DNA from: Candidatus Staskawiczbacteria bacterium
Lineage (GTDB): Bacteria; Patescibacteriota; Minisyncoccia; Minisyncoccales; Staskawiczbacteraceae
Assembly (NCBI GenBank): GCA_903839895.1
Contig: CAIMDW010000005.1
Location: forward strand, 1-33,103
Direction of reading: 5' to 3'
DNA: 33,103 nucleotides
Shown piece after piece: positions 8,888 through 16,752 of the stretch. A program made the translations under genes and the position numbers. Position 1 is the stretch's first letter. Every line of letters begins with the position of its first letter. Below the pieces are notes generated by a model. That model had not been told where the DNA came from. It saw only the letters and a program-made list of their open reading frames with translations, and ran no database searches.

Positions 8888-10309
8888 ATGCAGCAGAAAT
8901 ACATTGTGTTTATCGCGGTGGTCGTTTTGGCAATATCAGCCGGGATTTTTGCGTATCCTAATTATTTTAACCAGGGAATAGATTCCGTAAACCACAAAAT
9001 GGGCTGGACTTTTCCGCATTTCCCAGTGAAGCCGTATGTGCTTGGGCTGGACCTGCAAGGGGGAGTCAGTTTGACCTACCAAGCCGATTTAAGCTCGGTT
9101 ACCGACAAAACAGGCGCAATGTCGGGCTTGAGGGATGTAATTGAAAGGAGAGTGAATATGTTTGGAGTTTCTGAACCTATAGTGCAAATACAAGGCCAAA
9201 ACAGGCTTTTAGTGGAATTGCCAGGCGTTACAGACGTCCAACAGGCAATCCAAATGATAGGGCAGACTCCGTTTTTGGAATTTGACGAGCAGAGGACTCA
9301 GCAGGAAACTCAGCAAATTCTGGATGTAATGAAACAAATTCAGGACGCGCAGAACAAAAAACAGGACATTACAAAAATTGCCAACTGGCAAACGGCTTTG
9401 CAGAATCCGTATTTTAAGCCGACAGATTTGAACGGAAAATATCTGACAAAAGCAACAGTTGTTTTCGACCCTACAACCTATAAGCCTCAAATCCAATTGC
9501 AGTTCAATGGTGATGGAGCAAAAATATTTGCAGACATAACGGGAAGGAATATTAAAAAGCCTTTGGCAATATTTTTGGACGGGGCTTCTATTATAGACAC
9601 CAATGGCGATGGTAAAATTGATTCGCAGGATTTATATGCTCCGATTGTGCAGGACAAACTTACAGATGGAAAAGCGGTTATAACCGGAGACATGTCCACA
9701 ACAGTCGCAAATACCTTGGCTTCCAGGCTTAATTCTGGAGCTCTGCCGGTAAAGATTGGAAGCCCGATTTCCCAAGAAACGGTTGGGCCTACTTTGGGAA
9801 CAGTTTCTTTGAAGCAATCTTTATGGGCGGGAATTTACGGATTGATTGCAGTGGTGATTTTTATGATTGTATTTTACAGGCTGCCAGGATTGCTGGCTTC
9901 CATTGCTTTAGCAATTTATGTTGTTCTGACTTTGGCTATTTTTAAACTGATTCCTGTAACCCTGACATTGGCAGGAATTGGAGGATTTATTCTTTCAATA
10001 GGTATGGCTGTTGATGCCAATATTCTTATTTTCGCCAGAATGAAGGAAGAAATAAAAGCCGGCAAAAGCCTGTCTGACGCAATCAATGAAGGATTCAAAA
10101 GGGCCTGGCCTTCTATCAGAGACTCAAACTTCAACTCTTTGATTGTGTGCGCAATATTATTCTTTGTGGCAACTTCTTTTATAAAAGGATTTGCCTTCAC
10201 ATTGGCGTTGGGCATTATCGTATCTTTGCTGTCGGCAATATTCATTACCAGGATCTTCCTGCAGGTTTTTATTGGCCAATGGGCCGAAAAAGCCAAGTGG
10301 CTGCTTTAA
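8888..10309 (+). CDS. secD: protein translocase subunit SecD
   Basis: LGLDLQGGVSLTYQAD, ERRVNMFGVSEPIVQIQG..RLLVELPGV, and a C-terminal 6-TM bundle with GFILSIGMAVDANILIFARMKEE. The start is taken at MQQKY (8888); the ORF is open from 8864. Confidence 0.9.
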   Translation: MQQKYIVFIAVVVLAISAGIFAYPNYFNQGIDSVNHKMGWTFPHFPVKPYVLGLDLQGGVSLTYQADLSSVTDKTGAMSGLRDVIERRVNMFGVSEPIVQIQGQNRLLVELPGVTDVQQAIQMIGQTPFLEFDEQRTQQETQQILDVMKQIQDAQNKKQDITKIANWQTALQNPYFKPTDLNGKYLTKATVVFDPTTYKPQIQLQFNGDGAKIFADITGRNIKKPLAIFLDGASIIDTNGDGKIDSQDLYAPIVQDKLTDGKAVITGDMSTTVANTLASRLNSGALPVKIGSPISQETVGPTLGTVSLKQSLWAGIYGLIAVVIFMIVFYRLPGLLASIALAIYVVLTLAIFKLIPVTLTLAGIGGFILSIGMAVDANILIFARMKEEIKAGKSLSDAINEGFKRAWPSIRDSNFNSLIVCAILFFVATSFIKGFAFTLALGIIVSLLSAIFITRIFLQVFIGQWAEKAKWLL

Positions 10310-10326
10310 TTTAAAACCAAAAAATT

Positions 10327-11229
10327 ATGCAATTCAATTTCACAAAATATTCGGTAATTTATTATATAATTTCAGGGGTTTTGATTGTGGCCACAATTGT
10401 TTCTCTATTCATGTTTGGATTGAAGTTCGGCATTGAATTCGCGGGCGGAAGCAATATGGAGGTTGCTTTTACAAAATCCAAGCCGTCAAACGAGGTTATT
10501 CAAAATGCCTTAAAATCCTTCAACTTGGGAGATATCACTGTTCAACCGACTTCAGGCAACGGCGCAATTTTACAGTTTAAGGGAGTAGACGAAGCCACCC
10601 ATCAGGAAATTCTAGCCGAGCTAAACAAGCTGACCCCGACATCTGAAAAGAGCTTCCAATACATCGGGCCTTCAGTGGGACAGGAATTAAGGAATGCCAC
10701 AGAGCTCGCCATCGTGCTGGCTTTGGTGGCAATCACCTTGTATATTTCTTTCGCTTTTAGGAAAGTTTCAAAGCCAGTGGCTTCATGGAAATATGGAGTT
10801 ACGTCTTTAGTGGCTTTGTTTCATGATGTCTTGATACCAATCGGAGTCTTTTCCATTTTGGGCCATTTTTACAATGTGGAAATTACCATTCCAATTATGG
10901 CAGCTTTGCTGACTATTTTGGGTTTTTCAGTGCACGATACCATTGTCATTTTCGACAGAATAAGGGAAAACATATTAAGGAGAGGCATGGGGCAGTTTGA
11001 AGAAACGGTAAACTGGAGCTTGACACAGACTTTAGGCAGATCAATTTCAACTGTTTTAACCGTGGAATTCGTGCTTTTATTCCTGTTTTTCATGGGAGGG
11101 GAAACTCTCAAATGGTTTGCCTTGGCTTTGATAATCGGGATTACATCGGGAGCTTATTCTTCAATTTTTATTGCCAGCCCATTGCTTGTCAGTTGGTATA
11201 AGAGGGAAGCCTTGACAACAAAAAAGTAA
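10327..11229 (+). CDS. secF: protein translocase subunit SecF
   Basis: GIEFAGGSNMEV..., LALFHDVLIPIGVFS, LTILGFSVHDTIVIFDRIREN, LTQTLGRSISTVLT. Confidence 0.9.
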   Translation: MQFNFTKYSVIYYIISGVLIVATIVSLFMFGLKFGIEFAGGSNMEVAFTKSKPSNEVIQNALKSFNLGDITVQPTSGNGAILQFKGVDEATHQEILAELNKLTPTSEKSFQYIGPSVGQELRNATELAIVLALVAITLYISFAFRKVSKPVASWKYGVTSLVALFHDVLIPIGVFSILGHFYNVEITIPIMAALLTILGFSVHDTIVIFDRIRENILRRGMGQFEETVNWSLTQTLGRSISTVLTVEFVLLFLFFMGGETLKWFALALIIGITSGAYSSIFIASPLLVSWYKREALTTKK

Positions 11230-11259
11230 TATGGTAGGATAGCATAATAGATAGAACAT

Positions 11260-12288
11260 ATGGAAAATACAAAATTTAAACAACTTTACCAAAAGTTCAC
11301 CAAAGGCCTTAGCCCAAAAACTAAGGATATTTTTGATAGGAGATTCGGAGTGAAAACAGGCGAATTGGAAACATTGGAATCCATTGGAAAATCTTTGGGA
11401 ATTACCAGAGAAAGGGTTAGGCAGATTGAAGAAGCCGGTTTTTCTTATGTAAGGAAAAATAATAAAGAAACTTTAGACGCTGTTTATGCCGACTTTGCCG
11501 ACTATTTTGGCAAACAGGGCGGATTTAAGCAGGAAGACAGGGTTTTGTCAGACTTGGGCGGAAAGAACCAGAAGCCTTATGTTTTGTTCTTGCTTACTTT
11601 GGGCGAGCAGTTTTCCAAAGTTGCTGAAAAGAAAGACTATCATTATTTCTGGGCCAATATTCCAAGCGCACAAGACAAGGTTAAAAATACTTTGAACATT
11701 TTAGTTCTGCAATTGCAGAAAGTCGGCAAGCCCGTCCCAATGGGAGAATTTTATGCAAAAGTTTCCTCGACTCAGGGATTGTCAGAGCCTGCGACATTGT
11801 CATATTTGGAAATTTCAAAAAGGATACAGCCAAACAAGGAAGGGGCTTTGGGATTGGTGGAATGGCCTGAAATCAAGCCAAGGGGAGTCAAAGATAAAGC
11901 TTTCCTGGTTTTTAAAAAGCATGGCAAGCCTTTGCATTTTACAGAAGTCGCAAAAATGATTGATGGGTTGGAATACAATATGCCAAATAAAAAAACTTAT
12001 CCGCAGACAGTCCATAATGAGCTTATCAAAGACGCAAGATTCGTTTTGGTGGGCAGGGGAACTTATGCGTTGTCAGAATGGGGATATGTTCCGGGAACTA
12101 TCAAAGACATAATTACAAAAGTTTTGAAAGACAAGAATGAATCGATGCATAAGGATGAAATTGTAAAACAGGTTTTGTCCCAGAGGATGGTTGCAAAAAA
12201 TACAGTCTTGATGAATTTGAACAACAAGAAAAATTTTGACAAGGATTCAACAGATAAATATTTTTTGAGAAAAACCCAATTATCGTAA
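11260..12288 (+). CDS. DNA-binding protein with an N-terminal sigma-70 region-4-like HTH and a C-terminal HARE-HTH-like domain
   Basis: TLESIGKSLGITRERVRQIEEAG is a region-4 HTH. The C-terminal part, HFTEVAKMI...VHNELIKDARFVLVGRGTYALSEWGY, resembles HARE-HTH (RpoE-delta N-terminal type). Confidence 0.6.
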   Translation: MENTKFKQLYQKFTKGLSPKTKDIFDRRFGVKTGELETLESIGKSLGITRERVRQIEEAGFSYVRKNNKETLDAVYADFADYFGKQGGFKQEDRVLSDLGGKNQKPYVLFLLTLGEQFSKVAEKKDYHYFWANIPSAQDKVKNTLNILVLQLQKVGKPVPMGEFYAKVSSTQGLSEPATLSYLEISKRIQPNKEGALGLVEWPEIKPRGVKDKAFLVFKKHGKPLHFTEVAKMIDGLEYNMPNKKTYPQTVHNELIKDARFVLVGRGTYALSEWGYVPGTIKDIITKVLKDKNESMHKDEIVKQVLSQRMVAKNTVLMNLNNKKNFDKDSTDKYFLRKTQLS

Positions 12289-12292
12289 TTTT

Positions 12293-12322
12293 AAAAAAAC
12301 ACCCGCTCGGGTGTTTTTTTTG
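12293..12322 (+). terminator. rho-independent terminator (A-tract / hairpin / T-tract, potentially bidirectional)
   Basis: aaaaaaacaccc-gctc-gggtgtttttttt lies immediately after the stop at 12288. Confidence 0.7.
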
Positions 12323-12343
12323 TTGCACTGTTTTGCAGCACAA

Positions 12344-12373
12344 GCAAAAAAAGAGCCGTGCTTTCGCATGGCT
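12344..12373 (-). terminator. rho-independent terminator for the minus-strand DHOD-like gene
   Basis: The minus strand reads agccatgc-gaaa-gcacggct followed by cttttttt: an 8-bp stem with one mismatch, a GAAA loop and a T-run. It abuts the stop codon at 12373-12375. Confidence 0.55.
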
Positions 12374-13272
12374 TATGTCAGTTTAAAAAGAGATTCGCTC
12401 CGTAATCGTTTTACGATTGATGTAGGACGGCATGGATGCCATAAATGCACAGATCCGAAACTGAATGCTTCAAATCCTTCTTCATGCATTATAGGCACGT
12501 CGGCGTAGTCCCAGATTCCTGGAACAATGACTGGTTTTTTAGCCAATGATTTTATTTTCTTTGCGAAAATCCAGGTGTGTGATTGGGCAATTTTACCTGA
12601 AACTCCGCCTCCGCCATATTTTGCAAACGGGCTTTTGAGCGAAGGAAAAATTGTTTCCCAAGGAACGCTGTTGATTGCGTAGGCTGAAACCATTTCATCG
12701 ACTTCCGGTATGATTTTTTCCAAATCATGGACAGTTGAAAGCTTTAGAATCACGGGATGCTTAGTCCTGGCTTTTACTGTTTCGCATGATCTGATTACTC
12801 TTCCAGAGTTGGTAAGTATGTCACATTGCGTGCTGGGGCAGGAAGCATCGATTTCTATCGCCACTAAATCGCAGTTGTTAAGCTGGGGCGCCATGATTTT
12901 CAGCTCACAGGGTTCTCCGAATAGAGATCCTATCAGCTTCAACTTATTGCGGTTTACTGTGCCTCCGATTTTCTTCATCCACCAGTCGAAGCCCGGGTTT
13001 GAAAGCCCGACAGCATTTACCGCTCCGACAATTTTCCCGTCTTGCCAATACGGTTTTACGCAATCCAATGGATTCCACCACTTAAAGTTTCCTTTGCGAG
13101 GCTTTAATGTGATGGTTTTCATCGTATGGGCAAAAAGGGAAGTGTCGATCAGTCTGACAAATATAAAGGGCTTTTCCCATAAATGCCCCCTGCCGTCATA
13201 TCCCATAGCTCCCGCGGAAGTGACAAATTCGATTTCAGTTTCTTTGTTGCGCTCGACAGAAAGTACAAACAT
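12373..13272 (-). CDS. dihydroorotate dehydrogenase-like FMN-binding TIM-barrel oxidoreductase (PyrD class-1-like)
   Basis: VNAVGLSNPGFDWW, AIEIDASCPST, VILKLS, YGGGGVSGKIAQ, PVIVPGIWDY...GFEAFSFGS follow the class-1 DHOD motif order. SD GGAGGA precedes the ATG. Confidence 0.65.
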   Translation of the reverse strand: MFVLSVERNKETEIEFVTSAGAMGYDGRGHLWEKPFIFVRLIDTSLFAHTMKTITLKPRKGNFKWWNPLDCVKPYWQDGKIVGAVNAVGLSNPGFDWWMKKIGGTVNRNKLKLIGSLFGEPCELKIMAPQLNNCDLVAIEIDASCPSTQCDILTNSGRVIRSCETVKARTKHPVILKLSTVHDLEKIIPEVDEMVSAYAINSVPWETIFPSLKSPFAKYGGGGVSGKIAQSHTWIFAKKIKSLAKKPVIVPGIWDYADVPIMHEEGFEAFSFGSVHLWHPCRPTSIVKRLRSESLFKLT

Positions 13273-13316
13273 GGCTTTCCTCCAACAGGTTTCTTCTAAA
13301 TCAAAGTGCTAGATAC

Positions 13317-13345
13317 TTATTATCATAAAACAGTATTGATTGCAA
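13317..13345 (-). promoter_or_regulatory. candidate sigma-70-type promoter for the DHOD-like gene
   Basis: Minus strand: TTGCAA (13340-13345), 17-nt spacer, TAATAA (13317-13322). The AT-rich background makes this weak. Confidence 0.3.
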
Positions 13346-13360
13346 AATTTTAATAATAGG

Positions 13361-13388
13361 TTGACAATATTTATATTAGTTGTAATAT
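13361..13388 (+). promoter_or_regulatory. candidate sigma-70-type promoter of the radical SAM / precursor operon
   Basis: TTGACA at 13361-13366, 16-nt spacer, TAATAT at 13383-13388. Confidence 0.5.
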
Positions 13389-13431
13389 AAGCCAAAGTAT
13401 GTTATTTGAAAATTTCATAAGGAGTATGGTT

Positions 13432-14838
13432 ATGATTGAAAATGATGAGGTTTTAATTAAATCGCGGTTTGTTCAAGTTGTTGAAGGTGGTGGTAATGCC
13501 ATAATATGGCATTCTCTTTTTGGAAATCCTAAGAGAGTCTCTGTGGATACGTTGGATTTGCTTAATATTTTTTCCAGCCCACTCTCATTAAATGACTTTC
13601 TAAATGAATATGATATTGGGGAAAATGGTATAGAGGTCATTAATGATTTGGCCGAAGCCCATTATATTATACCTAATGGTTTTGATGAGAGAGCACATCT
13701 GGAAACGATTACTCAGGAGCACGAGAAGGTCATTTCTGCTAGCCAGTTAGCTAGGCGGTTAGATTTGAAGCTTACAGAGGAATGCAATTTTCGCTGTAAA
13801 TACTGTATTCATTTTAAGAGCCTGGATATCTCCGACCGGATTAATAACCCCGAGAAGTTTATGTCGTGGGAAATCGCTAAACATGCTGTGGACGAATACG
13901 TATTACTAATGAAGCATCTAGACAAAAAAGTTTCAAGAATAACCTTTAGCGGTGGTGAGGTATTGCTTACCTGGGACATTCTTGAGCGGGTCGTGCTTTA
14001 CTATAAAGAACGATACGAGTTTGATTATCCGTGCAGTTATGCCATAATAACGAACGCGTCCTTGATAACTGTCGAGATTGCCAAGAAACTCAAGGAATAT
14101 CAGATTTCTGTCGCATCTAGTATTGATGGACTTGAACAAGTCAATGATCTGGTCAGAATCACTAAATCAGGAAGTGGAACATTCAATCGTATTGTTTGTG
14201 GTTTGGACAATCTGAAGGATCAAGGGGTCCCGGTCGATATGTGTATAACGGTTACCGACGACAATTTCCCATATATTGATGAACGCATGGTTGACTGGGC
14301 AGTTGAACGCGGAATGGATCATCTCAGGTTTACTCCAGACACTATAAACTTATTTAATATACCTGTTCAGGAGTTGGTAATATGGTTATTAAAACTCAGA
14401 GCGTATGGGAAAACGAAGGGAGTCGATGTGACAGGAGGCTGGCATCGCCCTTTTTCCAACTTCAATGACTCTGCGCTTGATAAGCTTTGCGGATATTGCA
14501 CCCCTATTTGCGGAGATACAATATCTGTCAGCCCTGCCGGTTTAATTTATGGATGTTGTTATAACACCAACAGTATTGGAAGCATAAAACAAATAGGTTG
14601 TCTTGGTAATGAGAAAAAATATCGGGAGATGATTTGTGATAATGTTGTTGGAAGAAGACGTGAGTGTTTTGATTGTGAAATAGAAGGACAGTGCATTGGA
14701 GGTTGCAGCATCACGCGTGAGTCCTCAACGGATGCGTCAAATCCGAAGGTAACACAAATGTGTGAATTGCATCGCCAAATGACTAGAGAATTATTACTTG
14801 AAGAACTTACTAATTGGAATTCTGACATTTTCAAATGA
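13432..14838 (+). CDS. radical SAM / SPASM-domain peptide-modifying enzyme with an N-terminal RRE-like (PqqD-like) region
   Basis: Radical SAM cluster motif CNFRCKYC (CX3CX2C). Complete SPASM motif: C-X9-G-X4-C (CGDTISVSPAGLIYGC), then C-X2-C-X5-C-X3-C (CFDCEIEGQCIGGC), then a later Cys (MCELH). About 110 aa precede the rSAM core. AAGGAG at 13419-13424 favours the ATG at 13432; the ORF is open from 13399. Confidence 0.9.
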   Translation: MIENDEVLIKSRFVQVVEGGGNAIIWHSLFGNPKRVSVDTLDLLNIFSSPLSLNDFLNEYDIGENGIEVINDLAEAHYIIPNGFDERAHLETITQEHEKVISASQLARRLDLKLTEECNFRCKYCIHFKSLDISDRINNPEKFMSWEIAKHAVDEYVLLMKHLDKKVSRITFSGGEVLLTWDILERVVLYYKERYEFDYPCSYAIITNASLITVEIAKKLKEYQISVASSIDGLEQVNDLVRITKSGSGTFNRIVCGLDNLKDQGVPVDMCITVTDDNFPYIDERMVDWAVERGMDHLRFTPDTINLFNIPVQELVIWLLKLRAYGKTKGVDVTGGWHRPFSNFNDSALDKLCGYCTPICGDTISVSPAGLIYGCCYNTNSIGSIKQIGCLGNEKKYREMICDNVVGRRRECFDCEIEGQCIGGCSITRESSTDASNPKVTQMCELHRQMTRELLLEELTNWNSDIFK

Positions 14839-14870
14839 CCCTAAATTATAAAGAAGGGAGGTGATAAAAG

Positions 14871-15005
14871 ATGGACCATCAGTTAAAGACGGACCAACAA
14901 TCGAAGCAAAAGCCCAAGAAGACTTTAAAGCTTTCGGTTCAGGACATGCCCAAACAACAGACAATTGTCTGTGATCAGTATGGGAGTAGCTGCAACGGCT
15001 GTTAA
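14871..15005 (+). CDS. 44-aa candidate RiPP precursor peptide (not in the ORF track)
   Basis: My translation: MDHQLKTDQQSKQKPKKTLKLSVQDMPKQQTIVCDQYGSSCNGC*. A strong SD AGGGAGGTGA (14855-14864) sits upstream of the ATG. The ORF begins 33 nt after the rSAM stop and is followed by a strong terminator. It has a K/Q-rich leader-like N-terminus and 3 Cys in the last 11 residues. Confidence 0.6.
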   Translation: MDHQLKTDQQSKQKPKKTLKLSVQDMPKQQTIVCDQYGSSCNGC

Positions 15006-15025
15006 TTTCTTGTGCTTTATCGTAA

Positions 15026-15062
15026 GCCCTATTTGGAATATTCCAAATAGGGCATTTTTATT
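15026..15062 (+). terminator. rho-independent terminator closing the rSAM-precursor operon
   Basis: gccctatttggaa (15026-15038) pairs perfectly with ttccaaatagggc (15041-15053), followed by atttttatt. Confidence 0.75.
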
Positions 15063-15067
15063 ACATA

Positions 15068-15096
15068 TTGATTGAAAAATTTTATTAAGATATAAT
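15068..15096 (+). promoter_or_regulatory. candidate sigma-70-type promoter for the membrane-protein / ATPase operon
   Basis: TTGATT (15068-15073), 17-nt spacer, consensus TATAAT (15091-15096), 20 nt before the ATG at 15117. Confidence 0.55.
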
Positions 15097-15116
15097 CAAT
15101 GAAATAAGACAAATTT

Positions 15117-15341
15117 ATGGATGTTTTCACAACAGGAATCATAACTCTATTGGCCGTTGCAGCGATTTTTTACATTATTTTGTTTTCTTTTATTTATTAC
15201 TGGCACTTAAAAAAAATAACTTATGTGGTGGTGCCCTTAATTTTCACATTTGAATTTTTTTTGACAGGATTTTTTATAGTCGCAATCGTTTCAATCATTC
15301 TTAACTATCTGCCCGTATTAATAAGGGCTCTCAATTTTTAG
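15117..15341 (+). CDS. small two-helix membrane protein, function unknown
   Basis: 74 aa with two long hydrophobic segments (GIITLLAVAAIFYIILFSFIYYW and VVVPLIFTFEFFLTGFFIVAIVSIIL). The stop is 2 nt before the next ATG. Confidence 0.55.
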   Translation: MDVFTTGIITLLAVAAIFYIILFSFIYYWHLKKITYVVVPLIFTFEFFLTGFFIVAIVSIILNYLPVLIRALNF

Positions 15342-15343
15342 CT

Positions 15344-16741
15344 ATGGCAGGTTTACCTAAATATTTATTTTGGTGGGAATGGGTGAGGAAGATTATTTGG
15401 GACCCCTTTTGGTGGCTGATTTTATTTGCAATTATCTTATGGGTTCCTTTTTTGCGTGTTTGGTGGTGGGTTGTTTTCCCATGGATGCTGATGGCGCAAT
15501 TGAAGACAGTTTATATTTGGTGGCTTAACTGGGATTTTGATTATGCAACAAAAAGGAAATGGGTGGTTTTGGAAGTCGTTCCGCCTAAAGAAATTTTAAT
15601 TCCATTGAAAGCAATGGAAGATGTTTTTGCGGCAATCTGGCCCTTAATGGACGTGGGAAACTTTAGGGAGAGATGGTGCGATGGTGAATTGGCGTATGGA
15701 CCATACTGGTGTTCGTGGGAAATTGTCAGCCTTGAGGGCGCGATACATTTTTATATAAGATGTTTACAGGAGCATCGCACTAGCATTGAGTCTGCGCTTT
15801 TCGGGCATTACCCCGATGCAGAAATTTATGAAGTGCCAGATTATGTGAAATTGGTCCCGCCCACCGTTCCGAATGACGAATGGGATATGTATGGCGAAGA
15901 CTGGGATTTAGTTGAGGATGATGCGTATCCAATAAAGACTTATGATACATTTTTTGAGCCTCAAGGTGAAAGGATTTCAGCTGAAGAAAAGAGGATGGAT
16001 CCAATTATTTCCTTACTGGAAGGAATGTCAAAACTTGGCCCTGGAGAGTATTATTGGGTACAGTTCACCACTGTTCCGGTTGGAAATATTGATGAACCGA
16101 ATTGGATGAAAGACGGGACTAAGATAATTAATAAGCTTGCGCAGAGGCCGGAAAAGAAAGTAACTAGCTTTTTTGATGATTTATTTAAAACTTTCAAAGA
16201 ATTGGCAATGGGTCCCAATAAAGAAGGTTCAGGAGAAGGCGCAAAATATTCCTGGGAGACGAATGAAGAAACGGGAGAGAAACAAATATCGCTGACTACC
16301 GGCGAGAGAGAGATTATTTTAAATGTTGAAAACAAATTAAAAAAGCCGATCTTTAGGACGAATATCCGCGGAGTTTATGTGGCCAAACGAGAAAACTGGA
16401 AGCCTGCAAACAGGATTGTGTTGAGAACTTACATGGGTCATTTTAGCACAGTAAACATGAATAGTTTCAGATTTCAGGCTAAAACAAGACCAAGGGTACA
16501 CTTTTTTATGAGGCAGAGAAGAGTTTTTTTGAGAGCCAGGAAAATGTTCAGGATGGCAGTTTTAAGATTTCCTCCGCTGTATCCCGACAGACGAAGTTTG
16601 TGCCCTATTTTGAGCACCGAAGAAATGGCTACGCTTTATCACCTCCCATTTAAAATTTCTGGAATGGTTGCCCAGTCTTTGCAGAAGATAGAATCGAAAA
16701 AATCCGGCCCACCACCGAATTTGCCGATTGAAGAATTATAA
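15344..16741 (+). CDS. membrane-anchored protein with a Trp-rich N-terminal TM region and a large soluble domain, function unknown
   Basis: 465 aa. The N-terminus YLFWWEWVRKIIWDPFWWLILFAIILWVPFLRVWWWVVFPWMLM is followed by a soluble region (VVLEVVPPKEILIPLKAMEDVF...SWEIVSLEGAIHFYIRC...YPDAEIYEVPDY...). I recognise no catalytic motif. Confidence 0.7.
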   Translation: MAGLPKYLFWWEWVRKIIWDPFWWLILFAIILWVPFLRVWWWVVFPWMLMAQLKTVYIWWLNWDFDYATKRKWVVLEVVPPKEILIPLKAMEDVFAAIWPLMDVGNFRERWCDGELAYGPYWCSWEIVSLEGAIHFYIRCLQEHRTSIESALFGHYPDAEIYEVPDYVKLVPPTVPNDEWDMYGEDWDLVEDDAYPIKTYDTFFEPQGERISAEEKRMDPIISLLEGMSKLGPGEYYWVQFTTVPVGNIDEPNWMKDGTKIINKLAQRPEKKVTSFFDDLFKTFKELAMGPNKEGSGEGAKYSWETNEETGEKQISLTTGEREIILNVENKLKKPIFRTNIRGVYVAKRENWKPANRIVLRTYMGHFSTVNMNSFRFQAKTRPRVHFFMRQRRVFLRARKMFRMAVLRFPPLYPDRRSLCPILSTEEMATLYHLPFKISGMVAQSLQKIESKKSGPPPNLPIEEL

Positions 16742-16752
16742 AAAAATTATTT

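Noticed and set aside
10191-10436. 81-aa ORF bridging secD and secF
   Set aside because: It is out of frame with both well-supported genes and has no independent signals.
12710-13312. 200-aa plus-strand ORF
   Set aside because: It lies entirely antisense to the DHOD-like gene, which has clear family motifs, an SD and a terminator. Shadow ORF.
13399-13431. Upstream ATG (13399) as the start of the radical SAM gene
   Set aside because: It lies only about 10 nt from the predicted -10 element and has no SD. AAGGAG at 13419-13424 is correctly spaced for the ATG at 13432. A start at 13399 or 13426 cannot be fully excluded.
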